The notes under the pieces are model-generated. The model was not told the DNA's origin. It worked only from the letters and a program-made list of their open reading frames with translations, and made no database searches. 64,000 nucleotides of DNA, taken from assembly GCF_004353825.1 (NCBI RefSeq), contig NZ_SMNA01000003.1:372001-436000 (forward strand). The letters are read 5' to 3'. How positions within the stretch are numbered: position 1 is the stretch's first letter; each line of letters opens with the position of its first letter. The translations under genes and the position numbers were made by a program. Origin of the DNA: Occultella glacieicola. GTDB lineage: Bacteria > Actinomycetota > Actinomycetes > Actinomycetales > Beutenbergiaceae. This document shows, in pieces, positions 1 through 9,663 of this stretch.

Positions 1-29
1 CGGAGCCCGGGGTGCCACGCCCACCGGGC

Positions 30-920
30 TCAGCCGGCCAGGATCTGGGCCCCGTCACGATCGATCCGGGGGTGCAGCACCCGCCACCGGTCGGTCAGTT
101 CCGTCTCGATCTCCGGTCCCAGGTCGGCGAGCACGAGGACGCTCGGCCCCGCGCCGGAGATCACGGCCGGCATGCCCCGGTCGCGCAGGTTGTGCACGAG
201 CGCGACGCTCGCCATCATCGCGTCCGCCCGGTGGTCCTGGTGCAGCCGGTCCTCGGTCGCCGCCATGAGCAGGTCCGGCCGGGTCAGCAGCGCGAGCGTG
301 AGCAGCCCGGACCGGCCGGCGTTGAAGGCGGCGTCGGTGTGTGCCACGGTCCGCGGGAGCGCGGCCCGGGCGCGGCGGGTGGCCAGCCGCTCGCCCGGGA
401 TGAGCACGGTGGCCGTGATCGAGGGGTGCACCTCGATCCGGGCGGCCCGGGCCTCCGGCCCCATCCACGCGATCGTGGCCCCGCCGAGCAGGGCCGGCGC
501 GGCGTTGTCCGGATGCCCCTCGAACTCGGTGGCGAGTTCCAGGACCGCCTGGTCGGAGAGGGCGTCCGGATCGCCGATCAGCCCGCGTGCGGCGACCAGC
601 CCAGCCACCACGGCGCCGGCGCTGGAGCCCATGCCGCGTCCATGCGGGATCGCGTTCAGACACCGCAGGTGCAGGCCCGCCTGCGGTGCCCCGGCGTACT
701 CCAGACCGGCCCGCAGCGCCCTGACCACGAGGTGCTCCTCGCCGTCGGGCACCTCCCCGGACCCCTCCCCGGTGACCTCGACGGCGGTCGCGCCGGTGGT
801 GGCGCGAACGTGGACCACATCGTGGATCCGGTGGGCCAGACCGAAGGCGTCGAAGCCGGGACCGAGGTTGGCGCTGGTCGCGGGGACGCGCACCGAGACC
901 TGGTCGTACAGCAGGCGCAT
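30..920 (-). CDS. thrB: homoserine kinase
   Basis: VPATSANLGPGFD, GHMP motif PHGRGMGSSA, EGHPDN; follows thrC. Confidence 0.96.
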   Translation of the reverse strand: MRLLYDQVSVRVPATSANLGPGFDAFGLAHRIHDVVHVRATTGATAVEVTGEGSGEVPDGEEHLVVRALRAGLEYAGAPQAGLHLRCLNAIPHGRGMGSSAGAVVAGLVAARGLIGDPDALSDQAVLELATEFEGHPDNAAPALLGGATIAWMGPEARAARIEVHPSITATVLIPGERLATRRARAALPRTVAHTDAAFNAGRSGLLTLALLTRPDLLMAATEDRLHQDHRADAMMASVALVHNLRDRGMPAVISGAGPSVLVLADLGPEIETELTDRWRVLHPRIDRDGAQILAG

Positions 921-924
921 GGCG

Positions 925-1986
925 TCAGTTCAGCCCGAGGGCACGGGCGGCGTCGTCGACGTCCGCACCGATCACCTGCGGCTCGATGACGGTGTCACCG
1001 AGTGCGGTCGCGGTGTCCTTGAGGCCGTTCCCGGTCACGGTGCAGACCACCTGGGCCCCCTCGGGCACGTCCCCGGCCTCGGCCCGCTCGAGCAGGCCGG
1101 CCACGCTGGCCGCGGAGGCGGGTTCCACGAACACGCCGACCTCACGGGCGATCAGGGCCTGCGCGTCCAGGATCTGGGCGTCGGTGACGGCGTCGATGCG
1201 CCCGCCGGAGTCGTCCCGGGCGGCCACGGCCAGGTCCCAGGAGGCCGGGTTGCCGATCCGGATCGCGGTCGCGACGGTCTCGGGGTACTCGATGGGCTCA
1301 CCCTTGACGAACGGTGCGGATCCTTCGGCCTGCACGCCCCACATCCTGGGGGTGCGGGAGGCGAGGCCGTCCGCGGCGTACTCGCGGTAGCCCATCCAGT
1401 AGGCGGAGATGTTGCCCGCGTTCCCGACCGGCAGCACGTGGATCTGCGGGGCGTCGCCGAGCGCGTCGACGACCTCGAACGCGGCCGTCTTCTGCCCCTG
1501 CAGGCGGTAGGGGTTCACGGAGTTCACGAGCGCCACGGGGTAGCTCTCGGCGAGCGCCCGCACGATCCGCAGGCAGTCGTCGAAGTTCCCGTCCACGGCG
1601 AGCAGCGTGGCCCCGTGGACGATCGCCTGCGCGAGTTTGCCTGCGGCGATCTTGCCCTGCGGGAGGACCACGGCGCAGCCGAGGCCGGCGCGCACCGCGT
1701 ACGCGGCGGCGGAGGCGGAGGTGTTCCCGGTGGAGGCACACACGACGACCTCGGTGCCGGTGCCGGCGACCTTGCTCATCGCCATCGTCATGCCGCGGTC
1801 CTTGAACGACCCGGTGGGGTTCGCCCCCTCCACCTTGAGGTGCACCTGGGCACCGGTGGCCGCGGACAGCGACGGCGAGTGCACCAGCGGGGTGCCGCCC
1901 TCGCCGAGGCTGATGACGGGGTCCCCGTCCTCGATCGGCAGGCGGTCTGCGTACTCGGCGATCACGCCGCGCCACGGCTTGGCCAT
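925..1986 (-). CDS. thrC: threonine synthase
   Basis: [10 protein letters not shown] (PLP lysine), [10 protein letters not shown]; between hom and thrB. Confidence 0.96.
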   Translation of the reverse strand: MAKPWRGVIAEYADRLPIEDGDPVISLGEGGTPLVHSPSLSAATGAQVHLKVEGANPTGSFKDRGMTMAMSKVAGTGTEVVVCASTGNTSASAAAYAVRAGLGCAVVLPQGKIAAGKLAQAIVHGATLLAVDGNFDDCLRIVRALAESYPVALVNSVNPYRLQGQKTAAFEVVDALGDAPQIHVLPVGNAGNISAYWMGYREYAADGLASRTPRMWGVQAEGSAPFVKGEPIEYPETVATAIRIGNPASWDLAVAARDDSGGRIDAVTDAQILDAQALIAREVGVFVEPASAASVAGLLERAEAGDVPEGAQVVCTVTGNGLKDTATALGDTVIEPQVIGADVDDAARALGLN

Positions 1987-3293
1987 CAGATTCCTTCCAC
2001 ACGCAGGACCGAGCTGATCCTGGGGACGACGTCGAGCGTATCCAACGCGGTGAGCGTCGCGGCGAGGGCGGACTCGCTGGCCTCGTGGGTGCCGATGACC
2101 AGTTCGGCTGGTCCGCCGGACTGGCCCTGCTGACGCACCGTCTCGAAGGAGACCCCGTGCTCGGCGACGGCGGTCGCCACCTCGGCGAGGACGCCCGGCC
2201 GGTCCGTGATCTCCATCCGGATCTGGTAGCGGGTGCGGATCTCGTCCGCGCCGAGCCGGGTGAGGTCGGCGTACCGCGACTCCGACGGTGACTTGCCGCC
2301 GCTGACCCGGTGCCGGGCGGCGGCGACGAGGTCGCCGAGGACGGCGCTCGAGGTGGCCGCGCCACCGGCGCCGGCGCCGTAGAACATCAGGGTGCCGGCG
2401 GCCTCCGCCTCGACGAGCACCGCGTTGAACGGACCCCGCACGTTGCCGAGGGGATGCTCGGCCGGGACCAGCGCCGGGTACACCCGCACCGCGACGCCGC
2501 CGCCCTGGCCGGCGCCGTCGCGCCGCTGCTCGGCGACGGCGAGGAGCTTGATGACGTGCCCGGTCTGTGCCGCGGAGGCGATGTCCGCCGGGGTGATCTG
2601 CGTGATCCCCTGGACGCTGACGTCCGCGAGCGCGATCCGGCTGTGGAAGGCGAGGGAGGCGAGGATGGCCGCCTTCGCGGCGGCGTCGAGGCCCTCGACG
2701 TCCGCGGTCGGGTCCGCCTCGGCGTAGCCGAGCTCCTGGGCCTGCGCGAGCGCCGCGCCGAAGTCCAGCTCGTTCGTGGTCATCTCGTCGAGGATGTAGT
2801 TCGTGGTCCCGTTGACGATGCCGAGGATCCGGTTGATCCGGTCCCCCGCGAGCGACTCCCGGACCCCGCGGACCACGGGCACGGCCCCGGCGACGGCCGC
2901 CTCGTAGAACAGGTCCACGTGCGCGGCGTCGGCCGCCTCGTACAGTTCCGGGCCGTGCTGGGCCAGGAGCGCCTTGTTCGCGGTGATGACGCTGACGCCG
3001 GCGCGCAGCGCGTCCAGGATCAGGGTGCGGGCCGGTTCGATGCCACCCATCACCTCCACGAGCAGGTCCGCCCCGGCGACCAGCCCGGCGGCGTCGTCGG
3101 TGAGCAGGTCCGTCGGCACGACCGGGTCGCGCGGGGTCGTCAGGGTGCGCACCGCGATCCCGGAGAGCTCCAGGTCGGCGCCGGTGCGCGCCGAGAACTC
3201 GGCCGTGTGCTCGAGGAGGCGGCGGACCACCTCGGTGCCGACCACGCCGCAGCCGAGCACGGCGACTCGCAGGGGTGCGGGGACGTCGTTCAT
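1986..3293 (-). CDS. hom: homoserine dehydrogenase with C-terminal ACT domain
   Basis: [34 protein letters not shown] at 3293 chosen for its AAGGAG RBS. Confidence 0.95.
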   Translation of the reverse strand: MNDVPAPLRVAVLGCGVVGTEVVRRLLEHTAEFSARTGADLELSGIAVRTLTTPRDPVVPTDLLTDDAAGLVAGADLLVEVMGGIEPARTLILDALRAGVSVITANKALLAQHGPELYEAADAAHVDLFYEAAVAGAVPVVRGVRESLAGDRINRILGIVNGTTNYILDEMTTNELDFGAALAQAQELGYAEADPTADVEGLDAAAKAAILASLAFHSRIALADVSVQGITQITPADIASAAQTGHVIKLLAVAEQRRDGAGQGGGVAVRVYPALVPAEHPLGNVRGPFNAVLVEAEAAGTLMFYGAGAGGAATSSAVLGDLVAAARHRVSGGKSPSESRYADLTRLGADEIRTRYQIRMEITDRPGVLAEVATAVAEHGVSFETVRQQGQSGGPAELVIGTHEASESALAATLTALDTLDVVPRISSVLRVEGI

Positions 3294-3409
3294 GATCTCC
3301 TTCGGCGTCGGCACGCGCGCGGGAAGGGTTCGCGCGGGGACTGCCACAGGATAGGGCTCCCGGGTCCGGTCCCGGGCGAGCGCGTCAGGGTGTGGACACC
3401 CGACGGGCC

Positions 3410-4753
3410 TCACCCCATGTCGAGGGCCAGGACGTCCTCGATCGTCTCCCGCCGCACGATCTCCCGGGCCTGCCCGTCCTCGACGGCGACGACGCCGGCG
3501 CGCGGCACCATGTTGTAGTTGCTCGCCATCGACCGCCCGTAGGCGCCGGTGGCGGGCACGGCGAGGAGGTCACCGGCGGCCAGGTCCGCGGGCAGCAGCA
3601 CGTCCCGGACCACGATGTCCCCGCTCTCGCAGTGTTTGCCGACCACCCGGGAACGCACCCGGGGGGCCGTGGAGGAACGGGAGGTCAGCTCGGCGTGGTA
3701 GTCCGCGTCGTAGAGGGCCGTACGGATGTTGTCGCTCATGCCGCCGTCGACCGACACGTACAGCCGGGTGCCGCCGTCGTCGAGGACCACGTCCTTGACG
3801 GTTCCGACGGTGTACAGGGTGATCATGGCGGGCCCGACGATCGCCCGGCCCGGTTCGAAGGACAGCCGCGGCAGGGGGGTCCCGAGCACCCGCGCCTCGG
3901 CGGTCAGGATCTCGGCCAGGTCCGTGGCCAGGGCCGCCACGTCGACGCCCCGCTCGGTGGGCAGGTAGGCGATGCCGAAGCCGCCACCGAGGTCCATCTC
4001 GGGCAGCAGCACGCCGGTGCGCCCGGCGAAGTCGGCCCGGAGCCGCAGCAGCGCCCGGGCCGCCTCCCCGAAACCGGCCGGGTCCAGGATCTGCGAGCCG
4101 ATGTGCGAGTGCAGGCCGAGCAGGTCGAGCCGGTCGTCGGCGTGGATCCGGTCAAGTGCCTGCGCGGCTGCCCCGCTGGCCAGGGAGAGCCCGAACTTCT
4201 GGTCCTCGTGCGCCGTCGCGATGAACTCGTGCCCGCCGGCGTGCACCCCGGTGGTGACCCGCACCATCACGGGTGCGCGGACCCCGAGCCGGGCCGCGAT
4301 CGAGCCGACCAGGTCGATCTCGGGCAGCGAGTCGACGACGATCCGTCCGACGCCGTGTTCGAGCGCCAGGGTGATCTCCCCGGCCGACTTGTTGTTCCCG
4401 TGCAGCCCGATGTCCGCGCCCGGCACGCCGGCCGCGATCGCGGTGGCCAGTTCGCCGTGCGCCGCCGTGTCGATACGCAGCCCCTCGGCGTGCACCCACC
4501 GGGCCACGGCGGTGCTCAGGAACGCCTTGCTGGCGTAGTAGACGTCCACGTCGACGCCGAGCGGGGCGAACGCCCCGGCGAGGGCGTCCCGGTAGCGGGC
4601 GGCCCGCCCGCGCAGGTCGGCCACGTCGAGCAGGAACGACGGCGTCCCGTACGTCGCCGCGAGTTCGGTCACCGACAATCCGGCGAGGTCGAGCACGCCG
4701 TCGGTCACGGACACGTTCGCGGGCCACAGCTGGGGGTCGGTCGGGTGGGTCAC
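3410..4753 (-). CDS. lysA: diaminopimelate decarboxylase
   Basis: YASKAF, HSHIGSQI, DLGGGFG, EPGRAIV, KHCESGD, GAYG. Confidence 0.96.
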   Translation of the reverse strand: MTHPTDPQLWPANVSVTDGVLDLAGLSVTELAATYGTPSFLLDVADLRGRAARYRDALAGAFAPLGVDVDVYYASKAFLSTAVARWVHAEGLRIDTAAHGELATAIAAGVPGADIGLHGNNKSAGEITLALEHGVGRIVVDSLPEIDLVGSIAARLGVRAPVMVRVTTGVHAGGHEFIATAHEDQKFGLSLASGAAAQALDRIHADDRLDLLGLHSHIGSQILDPAGFGEAARALLRLRADFAGRTGVLLPEMDLGGGFGIAYLPTERGVDVAALATDLAEILTAEARVLGTPLPRLSFEPGRAIVGPAMITLYTVGTVKDVVLDDGGTRLYVSVDGGMSDNIRTALYDADYHAELTSRSSTAPRVRSRVVGKHCESGDIVVRDVLLPADLAAGDLLAVPATGAYGRSMASNYNMVPRAGVVAVEDGQAREIVRRETIEDVLALDMG

Positions 4754-5658
4754 AGGTGCTCCGGGGCGTCGAGGCCGAGGACCGCCAGCCCGCCGGCGAG
4801 AACCGGAGTGGTGGCGTCGTTCAGGCAGAGTCGGGATCGGTGCGCCGAGGTTATCGCCCCGTCGCCCCGCGGGGTCACCCGGGTGACCTCGTACCAGGCC
4901 CGGTGCGCGGCCGCGGTGCGGGCCAGGTGCGCGAACACCGGGTCTGGCCGGCCGGTCTCGCGGGCCCGGGCGACGGCGGCCCGGGATCCGGCCAGGCAGA
5001 GGATGAGTTCGCGGGTGCCAGGCTCGTCGACGAGGGCGGCCAGGGCGCGACGGCGTGCGATCCCGGCGGGCCAGGGCCGTACCCGGTGGGCGTGGGCGAC
5101 CCGGGTGAGGTTGCGCGCGCGGGCGTGTGCCAGGCGGGCCGGCCCCGCCCGCGCGGCGTCTCCGGGGAGGAACCGGGCGAGCGCCTCGGGAGGGCCCGCG
5201 GTGCCGGGTGGGCGGTCGGCACCGGCCACGGGACCGGGTGGGCCATCGGCACCGGACCCGGGCGGGGTGTCGACCGTGGACCCGGGGCCGAGCAGGTCGT
5301 CGACGACGCCGGCGAGCGCCGCCGGGGTGACCGACAGCGCGACGTGACCGTCGCGTGCCCAGGCGTCAGCGACGCCGTCGGCCGCGCGGACCTGGGCCGC
5401 GAGCGCGACGGCAAGGTCCCCGGCGACGTCGGGCCGGCCGAGCCGCCGGGCCAGGAGCACGGGCGCGGCGCTCGTGTAGTCGGCGCCGGGCGTCCGCGCG
5501 GTGGGCCGCTGCGCCCGGAACAGCCATGGCTCCGGGGCGGATGGACCCGACGCCGCGCGGTCGGGACTCGACGGACCGGCCCACGGGGCGTCGTCGGGCT
5601 GCATCGTCAGCCGGCCGAAACCGGCCGCGAGGGCCGCGCCCACCTCCTCCTGCCACAC
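4750..5658 (-). CDS. ArgRS-related protein: N-terminal tRNA-binding-like and DALR anticodon-binding domains, no catalytic domain
   Basis: LAHAR and RLCLNDATTPVLAGGLAVLGLDAPEHL resemble the ArgRS C-terminus; GADYTSAAPVLLARRLG resembles the ArgRS N-domain; no HIGH/KMSK motif; occupies the argS position with a GTGA overlap into lysA; TACGCT -10 lies 6 nt before the GTG. Confidence 0.8.
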   Translation of the reverse strand: MWQEEVGAALAAGFGRLTMQPDDAPWAGPSSPDRAASGPSAPEPWLFRAQRPTARTPGADYTSAAPVLLARRLGRPDVAGDLAVALAAQVRAADGVADAWARDGHVALSVTPAALAGVVDDLLGPGSTVDTPPGSGADGPPGPVAGADRPPGTAGPPEALARFLPGDAARAGPARLAHARARNLTRVAHAHRVRPWPAGIARRRALAALVDEPGTRELILCLAGSRAAVARARETGRPDPVFAHLARTAAAHRAWYEVTRVTPRGDGAITSAHRSRLCLNDATTPVLAGGLAVLGLDAPEHL

Positions 5659-5710
5659 GCCGCGAGCGTATCGCCCGGGTCGCCGAACCCGACCGGAGGC
5701 GGCCGGCGGG

Positions 5711-6652
5711 TCAGAGCTCCAGGCCGAGGTAGAAGTCGAACGGCACGGCGTTCTCATCGGGCCCGGTGACGTGGAACACCACGGCCGTGTCGTACCACCA
5801 GATGATGTCCAGGGTCTCACCGTCCGAGAAGTCCCAGCGGGTACCGGAGGTCTCGCCGTTGTCCTGCTCCCAGACGTGGGTCTCGTAGATGGGCTCCCCC
5901 AGCGAGTCGGACACCTGCTGCGCGTACGCGGCGGCCTCCTCCTCGGTCTCGAACGCGACGGCACTCATCGTCACGTCACCCTCGTCCCCGACGAAGTTCG
6001 CCGAGTACGCCTCGGTCGAGTCGGCGGGCGCCGGGTCCAGCCCGTCGGCGACGGTCCATCCGGCGTCGTCGATCGCCCAGGTGCCCCCGAGGTCGCCGCC
6101 ACCGACGACGATCTCGACGTCGGCGGTCAGTTCGTCGTAGAGCTCGCCGCTCGGCTCGTCCGTGGGCTCGTCGGTCGGCTCGTCGGTCGGGTCGTCGGTC
6201 GTGCCCTGCGTGGACGTCCCGGTGGCGGTCGGTTCCTCGCCGCCGCCGCCGGAGAACAGTTGGATCGCGAAGAACACGATGGCGGCGAGCACCACGACTC
6301 CCCCGATGACGGCACCGATCACGACGCCGCGGTTACCACCGCCGGGACCGGTCGGTCCACCGGGCTGCGGCATCGACGCCTGGCCGTAGCCACCCTGTCC
6401 GTACCCACCCGGCTGCGGCATCGAGGTCTGCCCGTAGCCGCCCTGGTGCGGCGTCGACGCCTGCCCGTACCCGCCCTGGTGCGGCATCGAGGTCTGCCCG
6501 TAGCCCTGGCCGAACGGCTGGGTCGACTCCGGGCCGAACGCCTGGGTGGGCTGATCGGGCGATGGTTGCCCGAAGCCGTACTCCGGACCGTCGCTCGCGC
6601 CGGGCTCGCCCTGCGGGCGTCCGTACGGGTTCGCTGATGGGTCCTGGCTCAT
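5711..6652 (-). CDS. single-pass membrane protein with Gly/Gln/Pro repeats and an acidic C-terminal domain
   Basis: GGYGQxSxP repeats, hydrophobic span VVIGAVIGGVVVLAAIVFFAI, PTDE linker; GGAGG RBS before ATG 6652. Confidence 0.75.
   Translation of the reverse strand: MSQDPSANPYGRPQGEPGASDGPEYGFGQPSPDQPTQAFGPESTQPFGQGYGQTSMPHQGGYGQASTPHQGGYGQTSMPQPGGYGQGGYGQASMPQPGGPTGPGGGNRGVVIGAVIGGVVVLAAIVFFAIQLFSGGGGEEPTATGTSTQGTTDDPTDEPTDEPTDEPSGELYDELTADVEIVVGGGDLGGTWAIDDAGWTVADGLDPAPADSTEAYSANFVGDEGDVTMSAVAFETEEEAAAYAQQVSDSLGEPIYETHVWEQDNGETSGTRWDFSDGETLDIIWWYDTAVVFHVTGPDENAVPFDFYLGLEL
6151..6202. repeat. 12-bp coding tandem repeat (PTDE/PTDD, about 4 copies)
   Basis: TTDDPTDEPTDEPTDEPS in the translation. 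Confidence 0.7.
6362..6510. repeat. imperfect 33-bp coding tandem repeat (11-aa GGYGQ(T/A)S(M/T)P(H/Q)(Q/P), about 4 copies)
   Basis: recurring tgcggc(a/g)tcga..ctgcccgta units. Confidence 0.8.
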
Positions 6653-6945
6653 GGTTGGGCCTCCGCTGATTCTCCGACTCCGGCCGACGGCGGTGCTGAC
6701 CGCCGCGCCGGCTCCCCTGATCTGAGCCATCGTAAGCGCGCGTTGGACCCTGCGTGGCCGCGCCGATGGGAAGAACTGCACCACTCCGGTGGTCCCGGTG
6801 CCGCGGCACCGATGTGATCCTCGCCTCTGTCGCGCCGGGGCCCTCCCGCGTCACGCTGCCGGTCCATCGGGCGCCCCGGTCCCACGGCGGTCCCGGCGGG
6901 CGTGGCCGCCCGCCAAATCCTGGTAGGCTCACGCAGCGTTGAAAC

Positions 6946-7018
6946 GCCCCTGTAGCTCAGTGGATAGAGCGTCTGCCTCCGGAGCAGAAGGTCGCTGGTT
7001 CGAATCCAGTCGGGGGCA
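6946..7018 (+). tRNA. tRNA-Arg(CCG); CCA not encoded
   Basis: GCCCCTG/CGGGGGC acceptor stem, TAGCTCAGTGGATAGAGC D-arm, TCTGC-CTCCGGA-GCAGA anticodon arm, GGTTCGAATCC T-arm; TAGGCT -10 at 6924-6929. Confidence 0.97.
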
Positions 7019-7058
7019 CCGAAGCGGAGCGAGAGCCGGGTGTCGCTAGGCTGAGTCG

Positions 7059-7973
7059 GTGACCTCCCTCTCCCCCACCGGCCAGCAGTTCGAGATCCGC
7101 GCCGGCGACGCCGTCGCCGTCGTCACCGAGGTCGGGGCGAACCTGCGCCTGTTCCGCGTCGGTGAGCGTGACGTCGTGGTCCCCTACGGCGTGGACGAAC
7201 TCCCGCCCGCCTCGAACGGGGCCGTCCTGGTGCCCTGGCCGAACCGGATCCGGGACGGCCGGTACACGTGGGAGGGTCGAGAACTCCAGCTGCCGCTGAC
7301 CGAGCCGGAACGGGGCACCGCCCTGCACGGGCTCGTCTGCTGGCAGCGCTGGACGGTCATCTCCCACACCGCGGACGCCGTCGAACTGCGCCTCGACCCG
7401 CCCGCGACGCCCGGGTACCCGTTCCCGTTGAGCACCCGGATCCGGTACGCGCTCGACGGCGACGGCCTCACGGTCACGGCGACCACCGCGAACCTCGGCC
7501 CCGTGGCGGCCCCATACGGGATCGGCTTCCACCCGTGGCTCTCACCCGGGCCGGGCAGCCTCGACGATGCCGAGGTCCAGCTGGACGCGACCGCCTGGGT
7601 GCCCACCGACGACCGGCTGCTGCCCACGGGCGTCGCCGAGATCCCGGAGGATCTGGACTTCCGGGAGCCGCGCCGACTCGGCCGGACCGCGCTCGACGAC
7701 GCGTTCGTGGGTGCCCTCTACGACGACCGCGGCCTGTCCTGGCTGCGGCTGCGAGGGACGGACGGGCGCCTGGCGTCGGTGTGGATGGACGAGTCCCTGC
7801 GCACCTGGCAGATGTGCACCGGCGACCAGGTCGCAGCCCCGCAGGCACGACGTACCGGGCTCGCGGCCGAACCGATGACGTGTGTGGCGGACGCGTTCCG
7901 CAGCGGCGAACGGCTCATCCGGCTGGAGCCGGGCACCGATCACACGGTCCGCTGGGGCATGCGCCTCGACTGA
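7059..7973 (+). CDS. aldose 1-epimerase family protein
   Basis: LVPWPNRIRDG, ALHG, GFHPW, LDDAF, AAEPMT. Confidence 0.9.
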   Translation: MTSLSPTGQQFEIRAGDAVAVVTEVGANLRLFRVGERDVVVPYGVDELPPASNGAVLVPWPNRIRDGRYTWEGRELQLPLTEPERGTALHGLVCWQRWTVISHTADAVELRLDPPATPGYPFPLSTRIRYALDGDGLTVTATTANLGPVAAPYGIGFHPWLSPGPGSLDDAEVQLDATAWVPTDDRLLPTGVAEIPEDLDFREPRRLGRTALDDAFVGALYDDRGLSWLRLRGTDGRLASVWMDESLRTWQMCTGDQVAAPQARRTGLAAEPMTCVADAFRSGERLIRLEPGTDHTVRWGMRLD

Positions 7974-8038
7974 CGCGTGCCGGACCCGCTCGGGGCGGGG
8001 TCGCAGGTGCGCGGCTCAAGCCCGGCGTGCGGGCCGGA

Positions 8039-9448
8039 TCAGCCCTCGGAGCAGAGCGGGGTGTCGCTGGTGAGCGGGGCCGCGTCGTGGCTGGCCAACC
8101 ATGCCTGCGGGTCCACGGTGGTGAGGTCCTGGTCGAGGTGGATCTCCAGGTGCAGGTGCGGGCCGGTGGAGTTCCCGTAGGAACCGACCGCGCCGATCAC
8201 CTCACCCGCGGCGACCTGCTGGCCGACGTCCACGAACACGCCGTTGGGGTACATGTGCACGTACCAGGACCAGACCGGGTCGCCGTCGATCTCGTGCTGG
8301 ACGATCACCAGCATCCCGGACCGGCCGTCCTTGCCGCCGCCGGCGTAGATGACCTCACCGTCCGCGATGGAGTGGATCGGGGTCCCCGCCGCCGCGGCCA
8401 GGTCCGTCCCGGTGTGCTCGCCGTAGCCACCGTAGATGGGGTGGGAGCGGTAGCCGTACCGGGAGGTGAACGAGTAGGAGCCGGCCGTCAGCGGCATCAC
8501 CAGGTCCACCGGGACGATGGTTTCCTCGGCGGCCACGACGCCGTTGGCCTCGAACGCCGCAGCGCCACAGGTGAGTTCCTCGCGCGCGCCGGTGTCCCGG
8601 CTGGCCGCGGCGAGGGCTCGGGCCCGGGCCTGCGGGTCCGCGGCGAGCGCGGCACTGGCGTCGGCCGGGGCGTACGCGCCGCCGGCGAAGACGTCCAGCG
8701 CGCTGGTCGCAGTCAGGAGCGGTGCGACGGCCTCGTCGGAGGGCTTGTCCGGGAGTGCGGCACCGGTGAGCGGCACGACGGTGGTCGCGATGCCGAGCGC
8801 CGCCAGCACCGCGAGCCTCGGCACCCACCGGCGGGCCCGGGGCGACCGGCCGGCCGGCCCACGGCTGTCGGTCCGGTTCCTCGGCCCCCTGGGGCCGCTG
8901 GCGTCGGTATCCGTCACCACATCCGGTTCCTCGGGAGCCGGCTCGCCGGCCTCCGTGGCGCTGCTGACGGACTCCTCGCTGGCGAGGTCTGCCGTCTCGG
9001 CACGGTCGCTCACGTCGTCGGCAACCTCGACGTCGTCGACAGCGCCCTCGGCGGCGACCACCTCCATGTCGTAGTCGGCGACGACCTCGACGGCGGCGTC
9101 AGAGACTCCGGCGTCGGAGTTGTCGTCGGCAACGTCGGCGGCCTCGGAAGCCGCACCATCGGCCGCGTCGACAACCTCGGTCTCAGTGATCACCGCGGCC
9201 GGCGCCTCGACCGACTCCTCGCCGTCTCCGGCCCGGTCGGGCGTGGTCGGCGCCCCGGTCGAGTCGACGACGTCCTCGGCGAACGTGGGCCGGGCGAGCG
9301 CCACGGCGTACTCCGCGGCCCGGGCAGCGGCTTCGGCGGCACGCTCCCGTTCGCGGATCTGTCGGCGGGTGAGCGCTGCGCTCGGTGCCGTGGTCAGGTT
9401 CTCAGGGGTCGCGAGATCGTCAGCGGACTGATCACGCTGAGAACTCAC
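8039..9448 (-). CDS. M23 family metallopeptidase with long acidic N-terminal region and a membrane span
   Basis: HTGTD (HxxxD), YVHM, STGPHLHLE (HxH); GGAGG RBS before GTG 9448. Confidence 0.9.
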   Translation of the reverse strand: MSSQRDQSADDLATPENLTTAPSAALTRRQIRERERAAEAAARAAEYAVALARPTFAEDVVDSTGAPTTPDRAGDGEESVEAPAAVITETEVVDAADGAASEAADVADDNSDAGVSDAAVEVVADYDMEVVAAEGAVDDVEVADDVSDRAETADLASEESVSSATEAGEPAPEEPDVVTDTDASGPRGPRNRTDSRGPAGRSPRARRWVPRLAVLAALGIATTVVPLTGAALPDKPSDEAVAPLLTATSALDVFAGGAYAPADASAALAADPQARARALAAASRDTGAREELTCGAAAFEANGVVAAEETIVPVDLVMPLTAGSYSFTSRYGYRSHPIYGGYGEHTGTDLAAAAGTPIHSIADGEVIYAGGGKDGRSGMLVIVQHEIDGDPVWSWYVHMYPNGVFVDVGQQVAAGEVIGAVGSYGNSTGPHLHLEIHLDQDLTTVDPQAWLASHDAAPLTSDTPLCSEG

Positions 9449-9555
9449 ACGACCTCCGGGGGAAGGGTTCTTGGCACAACGGGAACGAGGGAAGGGCACG
9501 ACGAGGGCACACGCTGGGCTCGCGGTCGCGGGGCCACATGGCCCGGCCCGACCGG

Positions 9556-9571
9556 ATCACGAAACCATAAC
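9556..9571. promoter_or_regulatory. candidate MtrA/GlnR-type direct-repeat operator upstream of the M23 gene
   Basis: ATCAC-N6-ATAAC (GTTAT-N6-GTGAT on the minus strand), 11-bp periodicity. Confidence 0.4.
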
Positions 9572-9663
9572 GGATGTTCCTTGAATCGGTCCAGAACCTG
9601 TGAGCGAACCCACGCGCACGCGGCGCATCGTAGGCAGGAACGTCCGCCGGAACCAAACCGGGC

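Noticed and set aside
3294..5710. Lysine riboswitch, T-box or leader peptide for the lysA-thr operon
   Set aside because: Intergenic gaps are short, the first gene appears leaderless, and no recognisable motifs are present
6946..7058. tRNA-Arg as an integration site for an island or prophage
   Set aside because: No integrase nearby and no duplicate of the tRNA 3' end seen
9449..9663. c-di-AMP (ydaO) riboswitch upstream of the M23 peptidase
   Set aside because: Conserved segments such as GCCGAATCC and CCCGTCAGCTAAC were not found by eye; an Rfam covariance search would be decisive
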